This document shows positions 20,078 through 30,095 of a DNA stretch of 64,000 nucleotides, in pieces. Within the stretch, counting starts at the first letter, position 1, and each line of letters begins with the position of its first letter. The notes below the pieces were generated by a model. That model saw only the letters and a list, made by a program, of their open reading frames with translations. It was not told the DNA's origin and did no database searches. The translations under genes were made by a program, and so were the position numbers. The DNA is taken from positions 24,948 through 88,947 of IMG/VR virus record IMGVR_UViG_3300037141_000236; one strand, given 5' to 3'. Source of the stretch: a virus.

Positions 20078-20142
20078 ATAATACAAATTAATACGGTAAC
20101 CATCTAAACATAAAAGTTAGGATGGTTATTTTTTTGTTTGTA

Positions 20143-20403
20143 CTTTTAGGCATGGCAACTGAGCAACGCATATCTTCTGGACAAATACCTGAAATGATAC
20201 CATTTCTTGGTGCCCGAGTCTCCGTGCTTAATAAAAAAGGCGAAACGATCTGTGGCGAACTACAATTTGTAGGAATTCTTCCCTTGATTCCTGAGTGGGG
20301 CTTGGTATGTACCATAAGTCGTTTGCCTGGTGTGGAAATAAACAGCCTGGCTGACATAACATTATTAGATAAAGAATGGACCTGTAAAACCGAAACAACA
20401 TGA
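20143..20403 (+). CDS. Hypothetical protein (start uncertain)
   Basis: ORF 20122..20403; first ORF of the accessory array. Confidence 0.4.
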   Translation, partial: LLGMATEQRISSGQIPEMIPFLGARVSVLNKKGETICGELQFVGILPLIPEWGLVCTISRLPGVEINSLADITLLDKEWTCKTETT

Positions 20404-20588
20404 TCGCACTCTGTATGATTTTGTATCTTTCTGGAATAGTTATTATACAAGCTGCATTCTTAGCTTATCTTTTCCGAAACTATGGAGTTACTGAACGGTT
20501 ACCTTGGCCTCTACGTTTGGTAGCACTGCTTTCATTTCTTTCACTGATTGCAAGCTTCTATTTTGTATTTCAAAACCATTTAAAATGA
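20400..20588 (+). CDS. Small two-TM membrane protein
   Basis: Two hydrophobic helices; ATGA coupling. Confidence 0.5.
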   Translation: MIALCMILYLSGIVIIQAAFLAYLFRNYGVTERLPWPLRLVALLSFLSLIASFYFVFQNHLK

Positions 20589-20842
20589 GTGCACGATTCA
20601 CAAAAACAGTTCCTGAGTTTGTTTATATGGAAGCAGTTGGTTCCGGATGGTTTGCTGGACTTTATGTACATCCCAAAGCAGGAAGAAAAATGAGAAAATT
20701 CCAATTGGTTGAAGTGCCAATGGATCCTCCAAAAACTAAAAAACCCAAAAAGAAGAAAGCTCCTTCTAAAGGAAACCCCATGCGATACGATAGGGTTCTG
20801 TTCACTGCGAAAGATCTGTATAAGTAACACCCCCATATTAAT

Positions 20843-22069
20843 ATGATACACTTTAAGGTTGATAAGAAAGCTGAGGCGGTTACTTTCAGAACAACTTTGA
20901 AATTTGAAAGTTGGTTTCTCACTCTGCAAGTAACAAAGCTCCTCTATTATAATAATGAAGCTACACTCGGAGAACAAGACTTCGAGACGGTTTTCTATTG
21001 GCCGGAATCTAAATACAGAGATCACGGTTATCTTAAACAATGGATACTCGACAATAACTACCTTTATCAATCTGGCAAGAATTACGAAGTACAATTCGAA
21101 GCTGTGATGGTTGAAAAAGATCGTAATCATAAGCACATTGTAAGAGTCTTTAACGAATCCGATTGGGAGAACTATTGGGAAGTTCTTGTTCCTCCATGTG
21201 ATTCAGGTACTCGTTTAGATTATCTCGTAGAAGAGGGAAAATCATTCAGATATCGTTACAATTGTACTGAAGGACAATACGAAGGAATCCCTTTGAGAAT
21301 CATTGATGGTGAAATACAAGACTATCCTTATGTTCCTATACGTCAAGGGTTTTTCGATTGGGTGAGAGAAACTAAGGAAGAGATTCCAGTAGTTGAGGCG
21401 GAGCCAAGTTTATTCTATCCATTTACATTAAGGCCTGATGGGTTTTATTTTGCTGGAGACTTCTTATATAGTAAGGCAGCATTTAATGGTGCAGAGTACT
21501 ACAACCCTGTAAGAAGACTATTCCCCATTCCTGAGACAAGCCTCTGGACAATAGTTAAAGGCTGGGCTCCTCCTGCTGAACCAAAGAAGAAAAAGAAGGA
21601 AAAGAAAACTGAGCTTACTCCAAGGCAAAAGAACCTTATTAAGGAACTGAAAGAGTTTATCATTCCCGGTGGAACGCCTGCTGACTACGAAGAGCGTATG
21701 GCTGCAGTATCTCCTTATACAATCATTTGGAATTTATTTGTACACAAGCCCGAACATGAATACTCAGGAAACGATTATAAAACAATCTTCAACCACCTTA
21801 CCGGAATTGTCGAGAAAGACAAACCTGCAATCGTTTTACCATTTGAAGAGACGAAGTTTTACTATACGCGATCTGAACGAACTGATATCGACACGCGGTT
21901 CCAAATCATAAAGATTGAAAAGAAAGCCAACGGAGAGATTTGGAGAATACAAGGATTCCATGCTGATAAGAAGTGCATTGACCATTCTGATAAAAATTAT
22001 TTTAATCCTGGAGGCAAAGAAGTTTTATTCCCAATAGAACCCACAGACCTAATCCCAGAAACAAAATGA
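20843..22069 (+). CDS. Hypothetical protein
   Basis: 408 aa ORF. Confidence 0.65.
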   Translation: MIHFKVDKKAEAVTFRTTLKFESWFLTLQVTKLLYYNNEATLGEQDFETVFYWPESKYRDHGYLKQWILDNNYLYQSGKNYEVQFEAVMVEKDRNHKHIVRVFNESDWENYWEVLVPPCDSGTRLDYLVEEGKSFRYRYNCTEGQYEGIPLRIIDGEIQDYPYVPIRQGFFDWVRETKEEIPVVEAEPSLFYPFTLRPDGFYFAGDFLYSKAAFNGAEYYNPVRRLFPIPETSLWTIVKGWAPPAEPKKKKKEKKTELTPRQKNLIKELKEFIIPGGTPADYEERMAAVSPYTIIWNLFVHKPEHEYSGNDYKTIFNHLTGIVEKDKPAIVLPFEETKFYYTRSERTDIDTRFQIIKIEKKANGEIWRIQGFHADKKCIDHSDKNYFNPGGKEVLFPIEPTDLIPETK

Positions 22070-22159
22070 ATCGACATCCTGCTTTAGAAGTCTTATTGGC
22101 TTCAGACCGAATGATTGAGAAAATTGACGAAGCATTAAACATTTTAAAACCAAACACAT

Positions 22160-23089
22160 ATGGCATCGGTGACAATGAAACAAACAGACTTTATTCTCAA
22201 ACAAGCAGTACAACTCAAAGGGACAAAGTTTTGGGGCAAAGTAAGAATGATTGAAACAGATCCCGAGACAGGAGAACAAACTCGTATTTATGTGCAACTT
22301 CTTTCTTCAAAGAGGGATCACCATGAAGCTTCTGGATTTAAAACAGAGAGGTTTGACTACCAACTTGTTCCATGCCTGTTTGATGAAATAGAAGACAGGG
22401 CTGCTTCTAATAATGACATTTTCTCTTTAATATCAAGAGGAGACCTGGCAAAGATCAAAACGCTCAAACTTAAAAACCTTGACAGGCAACCTATGGGCCG
22501 AGCCATAGGTCATCACGGTGCGATTGGCTGGGCTCTTGCTGTCGGAACCATTGAAGTGATTCAGTACCTTCTGGAATATTCTCCGAAACTAAGACATTCA
22601 GCAGGTTGGCTTAACTATCTTTATAATAGGCAAGCGACAACAACACAAGCTGAGTACCTTTTGATTTATGATCTTCTTTTAAAACATTACCCCAATCAAT
22701 TGGTAAACTCCCAGGTGGTTCGCAATATGCAATATCAGGAAGATAAATATTTCGCGATAATACCAATGTATCTTAAACAAGAAGGTGTGGCAGCACGCAA
22801 TGTAAAAGGATACCAAAACTTACTTGTCCACGCTTTACGTTCCGGAGCTTATAAAATAGCACAACATTTGATTGTGAATGGGTTTGATTTATACCAAACC
22901 ATTGATTTTTTAAAACATGAATCTTTTCGCACACATGGTAATCCCGATCGAACCCAATTAGATGGTGTTCGAGAGATATTGAAAAGTCGTGGCCATGCAA
23001 GCACAGCTATTGAGGATCTTATTAAGTTCGCCAAGGATCCAGAACGTTGGGAAGCGAATGAAGTAATCAAACAAGAAATCGGGTTATGA
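22160..23089 (+). CDS. Ankyrin-repeat-like protein with C-terminal EIGL tag
   Basis: AIGWALAVGTIEVIQYLLE and LLVHALRSGAYKIAQHLIVNG repeats; ends VIKQEIGL*. Confidence 0.6.
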   Translation: MASVTMKQTDFILKQAVQLKGTKFWGKVRMIETDPETGEQTRIYVQLLSSKRDHHEASGFKTERFDYQLVPCLFDEIEDRAASNNDIFSLISRGDLAKIKTLKLKNLDRQPMGRAIGHHGAIGWALAVGTIEVIQYLLEYSPKLRHSAGWLNYLYNRQATTTQAEYLLIYDLLLKHYPNQLVNSQVVRNMQYQEDKYFAIIPMYLKQEGVAARNVKGYQNLLVHALRSGAYKIAQHLIVNGFDLYQTIDFLKHESFRTHGNPDRTQLDGVREILKSRGHASTAIEDLIKFAKDPERWEANEVIKQEIGL

Positions 23090-23451
23090 AAACCATAGAA
23101 GAAGACTTTTGTGTTCTCTTGCCTGAAGATCGGGAAGAAAACAAAATTGTATTCTTGCGTATTGAACTTCTTCTTTTAGATAATGGCTATCAATGGCCGG
23201 GATCTCAAATATTTGATTATAAAAAGACCTTCAGATACCTGCCGCGAGCAACAAAGTTTACAGTTCGAAAAGAGGAGCGCGGTAAATTTATAAGGTATTC
23301 AACATTTCCTCATGCAGAAGGGTTCTGTATATCTCCTGATATATTAATTGATTACTTTGAAAACGATGGTTTATATCCACCTGCGTTACAAAGAGCATAC
23401 GATTGGATTCACATGGAAATTTACCCTGATCCAATAACCCTAGCGTGCTAA
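23086..23451 (+). CDS. Hypothetical protein with near-terminal tag variant
   Basis: AYDWIHMEIYP near the C-terminus. Confidence 0.55.
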   Translation: MKTIEEDFCVLLPEDREENKIVFLRIELLLLDNGYQWPGSQIFDYKKTFRYLPRATKFTVRKEERGKFIRYSTFPHAEGFCISPDILIDYFENDGLYPPALQRAYDWIHMEIYPDPITLAC

Positions 23452-23519
23452 CATTCTCAACAATAAGGTTTATCCGTTAACAATCTTTCTATATCTTTAC
23501 GGTATCAATAACAACGCCC

Positions 23520-24899
23520 ATGAGAATTAATCCTTATTTTGCCGACACAAGACATGCAGCCATCTTTAAAGATGGTGAAGAACTCAACCGGTGTAATATG
23601 AAAAATGGTCTTGAAATTATGGCACCGGTGGGTGCATCCCTTTATTTTGGGGAAATAATTGACTGTTGGGATAGTGTAACCATCACTTGCTCATTCATTG
23701 GATTATCAGGTTCCCGAGCGATCCCATGTGAAAATCTTCGAATAATACCAGGTAGCATTCATGCATATAAGCCAGAAGATTTTAAACACGGTCAAAAGTT
23801 TACCGCAAAATATAAGGGCCAGAGAATTGTCGGAGCCGTTTCAATTTCCGGAGGAGAAATCTACTTATGTCAAAACGTAGAGAACGGCAAATACACCAAG
23901 GAAAAATTTGGTTTTGATTTTTCTTATGTGATTTACGATGGGTGTGGATCAATAGATCCTTCCGGTCTCTTTACCGAATTAGTTTTCAGCGACGGGTGGG
24001 GATTCGATTACGAAGCAAAAATAAATCCCATTACGTTTGAGCCGGTTACAGATGAATGGGTTGAAATGACTGGTGGTGATATCACATTGGGCAAAACAGT
24101 TAAGCATATTTATGGAGGAACTGGGATTATCACGCGATTAGATTCCCGTATTATCGGAATTAAATGGGAAAATCACTCCTATGATTCAGAATATACTTCA
24201 AAGATAATATTCAAAAATCTCTTAACGAAGAAAGACAATTCAATGTCAGAACTCACCACACGCTTAAATGAAGAAGCAGTATTGCGAAAAATACCGTTAA
24301 ATGATGAGACTCAGGTCAATGCAGACAATGTTCACGAAGGTGAATCAGTAAGAATATATTCTCATTCTGATGGTGGAAAACTATTAGGTGTAGGAACCAT
24401 AAAGACACGCAGTGGAGTCTGGGGCGCAACTGTTGACCGTCTTGGGGCAGTAAGCTATACTAGCTATTGCTGCCTCCGCAGACTTGATTACAAAGAATGC
24501 TCCCCTTTATTTAAAGACCATCTTAAAATAAATCTTAATGTATTTCACATTAGTGGTTTGAAAGGAATCATCACAGGTTTTTCTCGCACGGCTGAATCGT
24601 CAAAAATGAAAATCTACATAAAATGGGAAAAGACGGAAGATAATTCGCATAATTCCGAACCCGTTAAGTATTCTGAACTCTTACTTCCCCAACTTTATTT
24701 CAAATCTAACCAAACACAAACCATAAAACCAAACACAAATGAAAAACGCGAGCACAAAAGTATTGAAGTATGTCGACCGGTTGCAACAATCACAAGCGGA
24801 CAAAGACGCCCAGGAAACACAGTTTCAGGCAGAGGAAGCAAAACAACAATTAGCAGGGGACATCAACGCCACAAAGCGATCGATAGCGCAGCATGGTAA
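23520..24899 (+). CDS. Multi-domain hypothetical protein
   Basis: 459 aa; TATCTTTA box at 23492; 3' end overlaps the next gene. Confidence 0.55.
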   Translation: MRINPYFADTRHAAIFKDGEELNRCNMKNGLEIMAPVGASLYFGEIIDCWDSVTITCSFIGLSGSRAIPCENLRIIPGSIHAYKPEDFKHGQKFTAKYKGQRIVGAVSISGGEIYLCQNVENGKYTKEKFGFDFSYVIYDGCGSIDPSGLFTELVFSDGWGFDYEAKINPITFEPVTDEWVEMTGGDITLGKTVKHIYGGTGIITRLDSRIIGIKWENHSYDSEYTSKIIFKNLLTKKDNSMSELTTRLNEEAVLRKIPLNDETQVNADNVHEGESVRIYSHSDGGKLLGVGTIKTRSGVWGATVDRLGAVSYTSYCCLRRLDYKECSPLFKDHLKINLNVFHISGLKGIITGFSRTAESSKMKIYIKWEKTEDNSHNSEPVKYSELLLPQLYFKSNQTQTIKPNTNEKREHKSIEVCRPVATITSGQRRPGNTVSGRGSKTTISRGHQRHKAIDSAAW

Positions 24900-25026
24900 G
24901 CTCCTTGCAAAACAAACCAGCATGTATCCTTTTGACCCACAAGCTATCATTTCTCTCCAGGTAAAACTTGAAGGTCTGGAAGACGGTTTGAAACGTCTCG
25001 AAGCCCTGCACGCAGAATTGTTCTAG
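24739..25026 (+). CDS. Coiled-coil hypothetical protein
   Basis: A/C-rich leader before ATG; followed by a terminator. Confidence 0.65.
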   Translation: MKNASTKVLKYVDRLQQSQADKDAQETQFQAEEAKQQLAGDINATKRSIAQHGKLLAKQTSMYPFDPQAIISLQVKLEGLEDGLKRLEALHAELF

Positions 25027-25049
25027 GAACAATCTTCACTGTATTAAAG

Positions 25050-25079
25050 AACCCTTGATAAATCAATCAAGGGTTTTTT
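25050..25079 (+). terminator. Rho-independent terminator
   Basis: AACCCTTGAT-AAATCA-ATCAAGGGTT followed by T-run. Confidence 0.75.
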
Positions 25080-25316
25080 AATTGTTGAGAAGTTGGTATC
25101 TTTATAATATGAAAAACTCTAAAACGTTAGAATTCGAAAAATCATTGCCGATAGTTTCGATAAAGTAATTACTGACCCTGAGACTATCGGGCGAAGAGAA
25201 GAAATTATTGAAAAGACGTTAAAGGTCATTTTGAATATAGCACATTCAAGCATGGGGCTTGAGGGTGAAGATCCTGATCTTGAAGATGATATGTTTTTAT
25301 CCTTATTGAACGGACT

Positions 25317-25640
25317 ATGAGCTGGGGAGATGATGGCGAACCAATGGAAGACTTTTCAAGTTTTGTCCCTAATCCTTTGGAAGAGATAAACGAAAAGTTG
25401 AGAACGGATGCCGCTGTCCTGAAAAGGGCTATATGGTCTCTTGGCCAAAAGATTGTGGAACTTGAAGACGCTGTGATAAAAAGGGATCAGTATCTAAAAG
25501 AAGCGAAGGCATGTACAGATAAGCAGTATGTAGAAATAATACAATTAAGAGAAATGCTTGCAGAATTAACAGGAGATGGCCTTTCTGCAGCCGAACACAA
25601 AATTAAAAAAGAAATCAATGCGTCCAATAAAGATAATTAA
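25317..25640 (+). CDS. Coiled-coil protein with tag variant
   Basis: AAEHKIKKEINASNKDN*. Confidence 0.6.
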   Translation: MSWGDDGEPMEDFSSFVPNPLEEINEKLRTDAAVLKRAIWSLGQKIVELEDAVIKRDQYLKEAKACTDKQYVEIIQLREMLAELTGDGLSAAEHKIKKEINASNKDN

Positions 25641-26028
25641 AGTCGGTCACATGAAGCATCCGGGTAAAGAGGAAGAGCTACCCTCATCGTACAATCAGCT
25701 TGATAATTTTCTAAAAATGAATTCCACCACTGCATCTGAACTTAAAATGCAAGAAGTATTAATTGGGTGGGATATCGCACATCCGCCTTTAAGTATTCAA
25801 AGCATGTCTCCAGATGACATTGGCAAAACAGTTGCTTATCTTCCCAAACGCTCTTCACTTATTGAATCAGTGAAAGCTTCTGAAGGCGGAATTATTACTG
25901 CTTACAATGATACTTATGTTTTTGTACGTTTTGGAAGAGGGTCCATTGGAAGTAGTCAAGCTTGTAATCCCGAAGATTTACGTTACTAATGTTAGGAAGA
26001 TTCCCCAAGCTTTTTGTATTTAATGATA

Positions 26029-26505
26029 ATGAAAGAGATTGAGTTTAGTTGCATTATGGTTGGTTTCGACCTTCCTAACTTCCAGGAGTTTACTGAAAAA
26101 TTTATACACCCTGAAGATGTGCTTAAATTAGAGGAGACCCCCCACGTAACAATTTGTTTTGGACTTTCTCCAAACATCTCCTTAGACGAAGTAAAATCGC
26201 TATTATTGCCGCTTAAAGACATCTACATTACTTCTTCTGAGATTAACGAATTCATACAAGATGGTTTTGAAGTTGTTAAATTCGCAGTCAGTGCTCCGCT
26301 CCTAGAACAAATGAATGATGTGATGACATCAACCCTTGATTACACCAAAGTAAATCCAGGTAGATATAAGCCACACCTTACGATTTCGTATGTTAAACCC
26401 GGAACGGCACTTTCATACAAGCGCACTATCCAACCATTGATTTTAAAACCCGTTAACTACATTTTTAGTCGTCCGAACGGTGAAACCATTTATTTTACAA
26501 TATGA
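26029..26505 (+). CDS. 2H phosphoesterase (T4 gp57B/Acb1-like candidate)
   Basis: Two HxT motifs (PHVTI, PHLTIS) about 80 aa apart; SCIMV start, DV..LEE.PH. Confidence 0.8.
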   Translation: MKEIEFSCIMVGFDLPNFQEFTEKFIHPEDVLKLEETPHVTICFGLSPNISLDEVKSLLLPLKDIYITSSEINEFIQDGFEVVKFAVSAPLLEQMNDVMTSTLDYTKVNPGRYKPHLTISYVKPGTALSYKRTIQPLILKPVNYIFSRPNGETIYFTI

Positions 26506-27209
26506 TAGAATATTTTAAACTCTGCCCAACTTGTAGTGAGAAAATCACATATAAAAGCGCCCAAGTTTTGAAAGAATCAGTTGCTAATAATCGAAATTGT
26601 CGCAAGTGTTTTAGAAAAGTTCCAGGATTCGTTGAAAAATTATCAAAAGGTTGGTTTCAGAAAGGGCATAGGCCTTCTACTGCTGATAATAGAAAAGGTA
26701 AATCTTGGGAAGAAATCTATGGTGTAGAAAAAGCGAAAGAAATAAAACTAAAACGTTCACAAAAGAAACAACCAATTACTTCAAATATCCAAAGAAGTAT
26801 AGCGTGTAAAAACGCAGGTTGTGGAACTTCCAATAAAGGGCGAAAATGTTCCGAAGAAAACAAAAAAGCATCCAGGCTTTTAATGGTAGAACGTTTAAAA
26901 GCTACTCACCAAAATTTTCACCCACCTTATAATAAACTTGCTTGCGAACATTTCAATAAACTCATGATAGAAGAAGGTATTCACATACAACATGCTTTAA
27001 ATGGTGGTGAATATCATATTAAAGAGTTAGGATATTGGATTGATGGTTATGATAAAACAAACAATATTGTTTATGAGTTTGATGAAAAGACTCATTTTAA
27101 AGTGGATGGCGTTTTAAAAGAGAAAGATATTAAACGTCAAAAAGAAATTGAAGACTTCTTAAAATGTAAATTTATTCGAATTAAGTGGACAGATATCCAA
27201 ACCCTGTAA
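26502..27209 (+). CDS. Free-standing homing endonuclease (Zn-ribbon + Vsr/DUF559-like nuclease)
   Basis: CPTC...CRKC, GKSWEEIYG.EKA, YWIDGYD...VYEFDE..H...D..RQ.EI. Confidence 0.78.
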   Translation: MIEYFKLCPTCSEKITYKSAQVLKESVANNRNCRKCFRKVPGFVEKLSKGWFQKGHRPSTADNRKGKSWEEIYGVEKAKEIKLKRSQKKQPITSNIQRSIACKNAGCGTSNKGRKCSEENKKASRLLMVERLKATHQNFHPPYNKLACEHFNKLMIEEGIHIQHALNGGEYHIKELGYWIDGYDKTNNIVYEFDEKTHFKVDGVLKEKDIKRQKEIEDFLKCKFIRIKWTDIQTL

Positions 27210-27272
27210 GCCCTTCTTAATTTGATTTCCTGTTGGTTGATTACCAAATTTCTCATAAACAAGTAATCAATC

Positions 27273-27725
27273 ATGACTTCCTACACAAATATACGTTGCC
27301 AAACATATTATGGCTCAAGTCCAGTTTTTTCAGCAAACTATGGTGAAGTGGTTCTTAACTGCATTCATTTCATAGATCCGGGAACAAATGCAATTAAATG
27401 GGTTGTAACGTATGCAACACCGTATGTTGAGCCTGCATATGCAGCACCACATTCTACTGTGACAGTGCAACCTGAGCCTTATCAAGCACAAACAGTTTCA
27501 AGTATGATCTATTACCAAACAGAACTTTACAAGGAACAAAACATGAATGCAGCGATGAGACGTTTCTTACAAGTGAAAGGTTTGGAAGAAGACTTCAATA
27601 GACTTTTTGCAGATGAACAAGTTAGAAAAGAAATGGCCTCCGCTGTGAAGTTAACCTTAGATGCCCAACCGTTACCAGAGGAAGCACTTTCTGGTTATGC
27701 AGCGACCGGTAGTTCTACAAAATAA
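27273..27725 (+). CDS. Hypothetical protein
   Basis: ORF with A/C-rich leader. Confidence 0.55.
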   Translation: MTSYTNIRCQTYYGSSPVFSANYGEVVLNCIHFIDPGTNAIKWVVTYATPYVEPAYAAPHSTVTVQPEPYQAQTVSSMIYYQTELYKEQNMNAAMRRFLQVKGLEEDFNRLFADEQVRKEMASAVKLTLDAQPLPEEALSGYAATGSSTK

Positions 27726-27764
27726 ACCTTATAAATCAAATTAGTATCCTTAAATTTATATATT

Positions 27765-28184
27765 ATGGCAGTGAAAGTAAAGAAAGAACCTCTTAAACTA
27801 GGTGAAGATATCGAATGGGGCAAAGGGAAAAACAATTTTCAAACAACGGTAATTGGTTTCTTCCAACCACCTTTAGGGTCGTATGCTTACAGGACACCTC
27901 CAAAGAGAATCTTAATTGAACTACCTGAAAGTAAAGTTCAACGTTTTAAAAACGCGTATAACCCCATTTACACTGGTAAGCAGTTAAAAATAATGTATAA
28001 AAACAAACAAGATCAAATTAAAATGCATCTTGTGGAAGATATAAAACATTATGCAGTGGCAAATCCAACAGGGTTAAGACGCTTGGATCCTTTTATGCAA
28101 GCGCAAAGAGCAATCTTAAATGAAATTTATGTTGGAAGACACACAAGTCCTTCCGGCGTTTTAATAAGACAAGTTAAAAAATAA
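27765..28184 (+). CDS. Hypothetical protein with near-terminal tag variant
   Basis: LKLGEDI start; DPFMQAQRAILNEIY. Confidence 0.55.
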   Translation: MAVKVKKEPLKLGEDIEWGKGKNNFQTTVIGFFQPPLGSYAYRTPPKRILIELPESKVQRFKNAYNPIYTGKQLKIMYKNKQDQIKMHLVEDIKHYAVANPTGLRRLDPFMQAQRAILNEIYVGRHTSPSGVLIRQVKK

Positions 28185-28455
28185 ATATGAGACACGTGAA
28201 ACTAACACCACTGGCCGTAACAATTTCAAAGGTATCAGCAATGAAGAAAGGCACAGGAGCATTCCCTGCCAAACTAAAAGCTCCCAAGCCACTTGATCCT
28301 GCTGTTGAGAAGGCTTTAAAAGAACGTCTTGCTGCTTTGACAGGAAAAACAGTTGCTGCCATCGACGAGACAAAACGTAAAGAAAGAGTAAAGAAAGGTT
28401 ACGGCAGTCTTGAAGAAGCAATGAAACAAATGAAACAAGACATAAAGAAATAATT

Positions 28456-29139
28456 ATGGCTTACGTTGGATATAAAACACCGCTTCCTTCACCAATGCCT
28501 CCACCTCCAGCAAGACCTAAATCTTCTATGGGATCTCTTGGACCATTATCACCTCATCGCATGCCTGCAGCTGAAAAATCATTATTATGGCAAATACAAG
28601 GTATGCATGATGAAATGGATTGGGAATTTCCCACAACCATTCAAATGTTATGGCTTGTAAATACAAGAGCCTTTGTGGTGGCTAATTATCATTCTAGCCA
28701 ATGGCCTTCATGGATGCTTGAAGTAACTCCAACCGAACCACCAAGAGACCCAAATGATGATGGAGGCTTAGCAGAAGCAACAAGAGCCGCGGGAGTACAA
28801 GTGGGTGTTCTTATGTCTGACCCCATAATAAATTCATATCCCGGCTTATTAACCCCTACTGAACTCACTCAGCCTTTAGATAGAGAAACAGAAGATGCTA
28901 AAGTTAAATGGAATGCTGCAAAGTTACAAAACTTAAATGCATTACGAATGGGTAATAAATTCAAAGTAGATGATGAAGGAAACGTTCGTTTTGATGCGGG
29001 TGTTGACTATTACCAACGTGCTGCCATTCGGGAGCTTATAGAAGAATTTGGCGCGATTCCTGAAGATCACGTTGACTTCAAACCCCAGCGCAAAAATACC
29101 TGGAAAGAGAGGTTCCTTAAATGGATAAAGGAAAAATGA
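28456..29139 (+). CDS. Pro-rich hypothetical protein
   Basis: 227 aa ORF. Confidence 0.55.
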   Translation: MAYVGYKTPLPSPMPPPPARPKSSMGSLGPLSPHRMPAAEKSLLWQIQGMHDEMDWEFPTTIQMLWLVNTRAFVVANYHSSQWPSWMLEVTPTEPPRDPNDDGGLAEATRAAGVQVGVLMSDPIINSYPGLLTPTELTQPLDRETEDAKVKWNAAKLQNLNALRMGNKFKVDDEGNVRFDAGVDYYQRAAIRELIEEFGAIPEDHVDFKPQRKNTWKERFLKWIKEK

Positions 29140-29187
29140 TATAATTTCACCATATTTAATGTATAACAAACTAAATTATATATTAAA

Positions 29188-29367
29188 ATGGAATCATTCA
29201 ATTCAATTAAAGTACTAGTAGAAGGCGTTCAAGCGGACATTGACAAATTCGAAGCAGGTAACAAAGCAGCAGGAACTCGAGTAAGGGCAGCAATGCAACA
29301 AATCAAAGCTCTTTGCAAAGATGTACGTAACGATGTACAAGCAGTAAAGAAAGCACCTAAATCATAA
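29188..29367 (+). CDS. Hc1-family histone H1-like protein (59 aa; not in ORF track)
   Basis: MESFNSIKVLVEGVQADIDKFEAGNKAAGTRVRAAMQQIKALCKDVRNDVQAVKKAPKS*; GNKAAGTR.R is the family signature; TATTTA box at 29153. Confidence 0.8.
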   Translation: MESFNSIKVLVEGVQADIDKFEAGNKAAGTRVRAAMQQIKALCKDVRNDVQAVKKAPKS

Positions 29368-30095
29368 ACCATGGAAACAAATTTCAAAACAGTAACAGAA
29401 ATAATTGCTGACAAAGATAATTGCAATTGTCCGTTGGAATTAAGTGTGATACCTAATTATATGGGTATTAATTTGTGTTCTGTGGAAGCAGTCAGTTGGC
29501 AAAAGCAAAGCGATGGTCAATTAACACAATTGACTATATACTTTACTCCTGCAGAAAAAGACACACCAATAACCGAAGTGCCATGAAAAAGAAGTATAAG
29601 TACAGACTCAAAGAAACAATTCGCAAAGCTGGTATCTCCGAAGATATATTTTGGTGTGCACAGTTTATTGATGAAGAAGATTTTGAGAAATATGGAAAGG
29701 ATGACATGTTTTGGTCTACCATCTCCAATTTTCTTGATCCGACTTCAAAAGAAGAAGCTTTGAAAGATATTGAACGACATAAAAATCAAGAAGAACCTGT
29801 GATCAAATACCACGAAGCATGAAATATTTCTTCAGATCATTAAAAGTTATTCCTTGGGGAATAATAAACATATGTTCGATACTTTGGCACTTTGATACGA
29901 ATCATTGTGTTTCATTTAATACATTGTATAATGAAATTTTAAAACCTGGTCCAAGGTATAGGTAATTGAAGGAGAAAGGGATGTGATCGCTTACAACGGC
30001 TTCTGCATCCCTTATCTTTTCAACCAAGGTTTATTTGTCAAACAGGTTGACTGTTTGTAACTTTAGCGTAATTAATATTAACTAACTAGTTGATT

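Noticed and set aside
29975-30015. AGGGATG...CATCCCT stem as a tRNA or ncRNA
   Set aside because: Too short, with no cloverleaf or T-loop motif; at most a terminator-like hairpin. No tRNA was recognised anywhere in the window.
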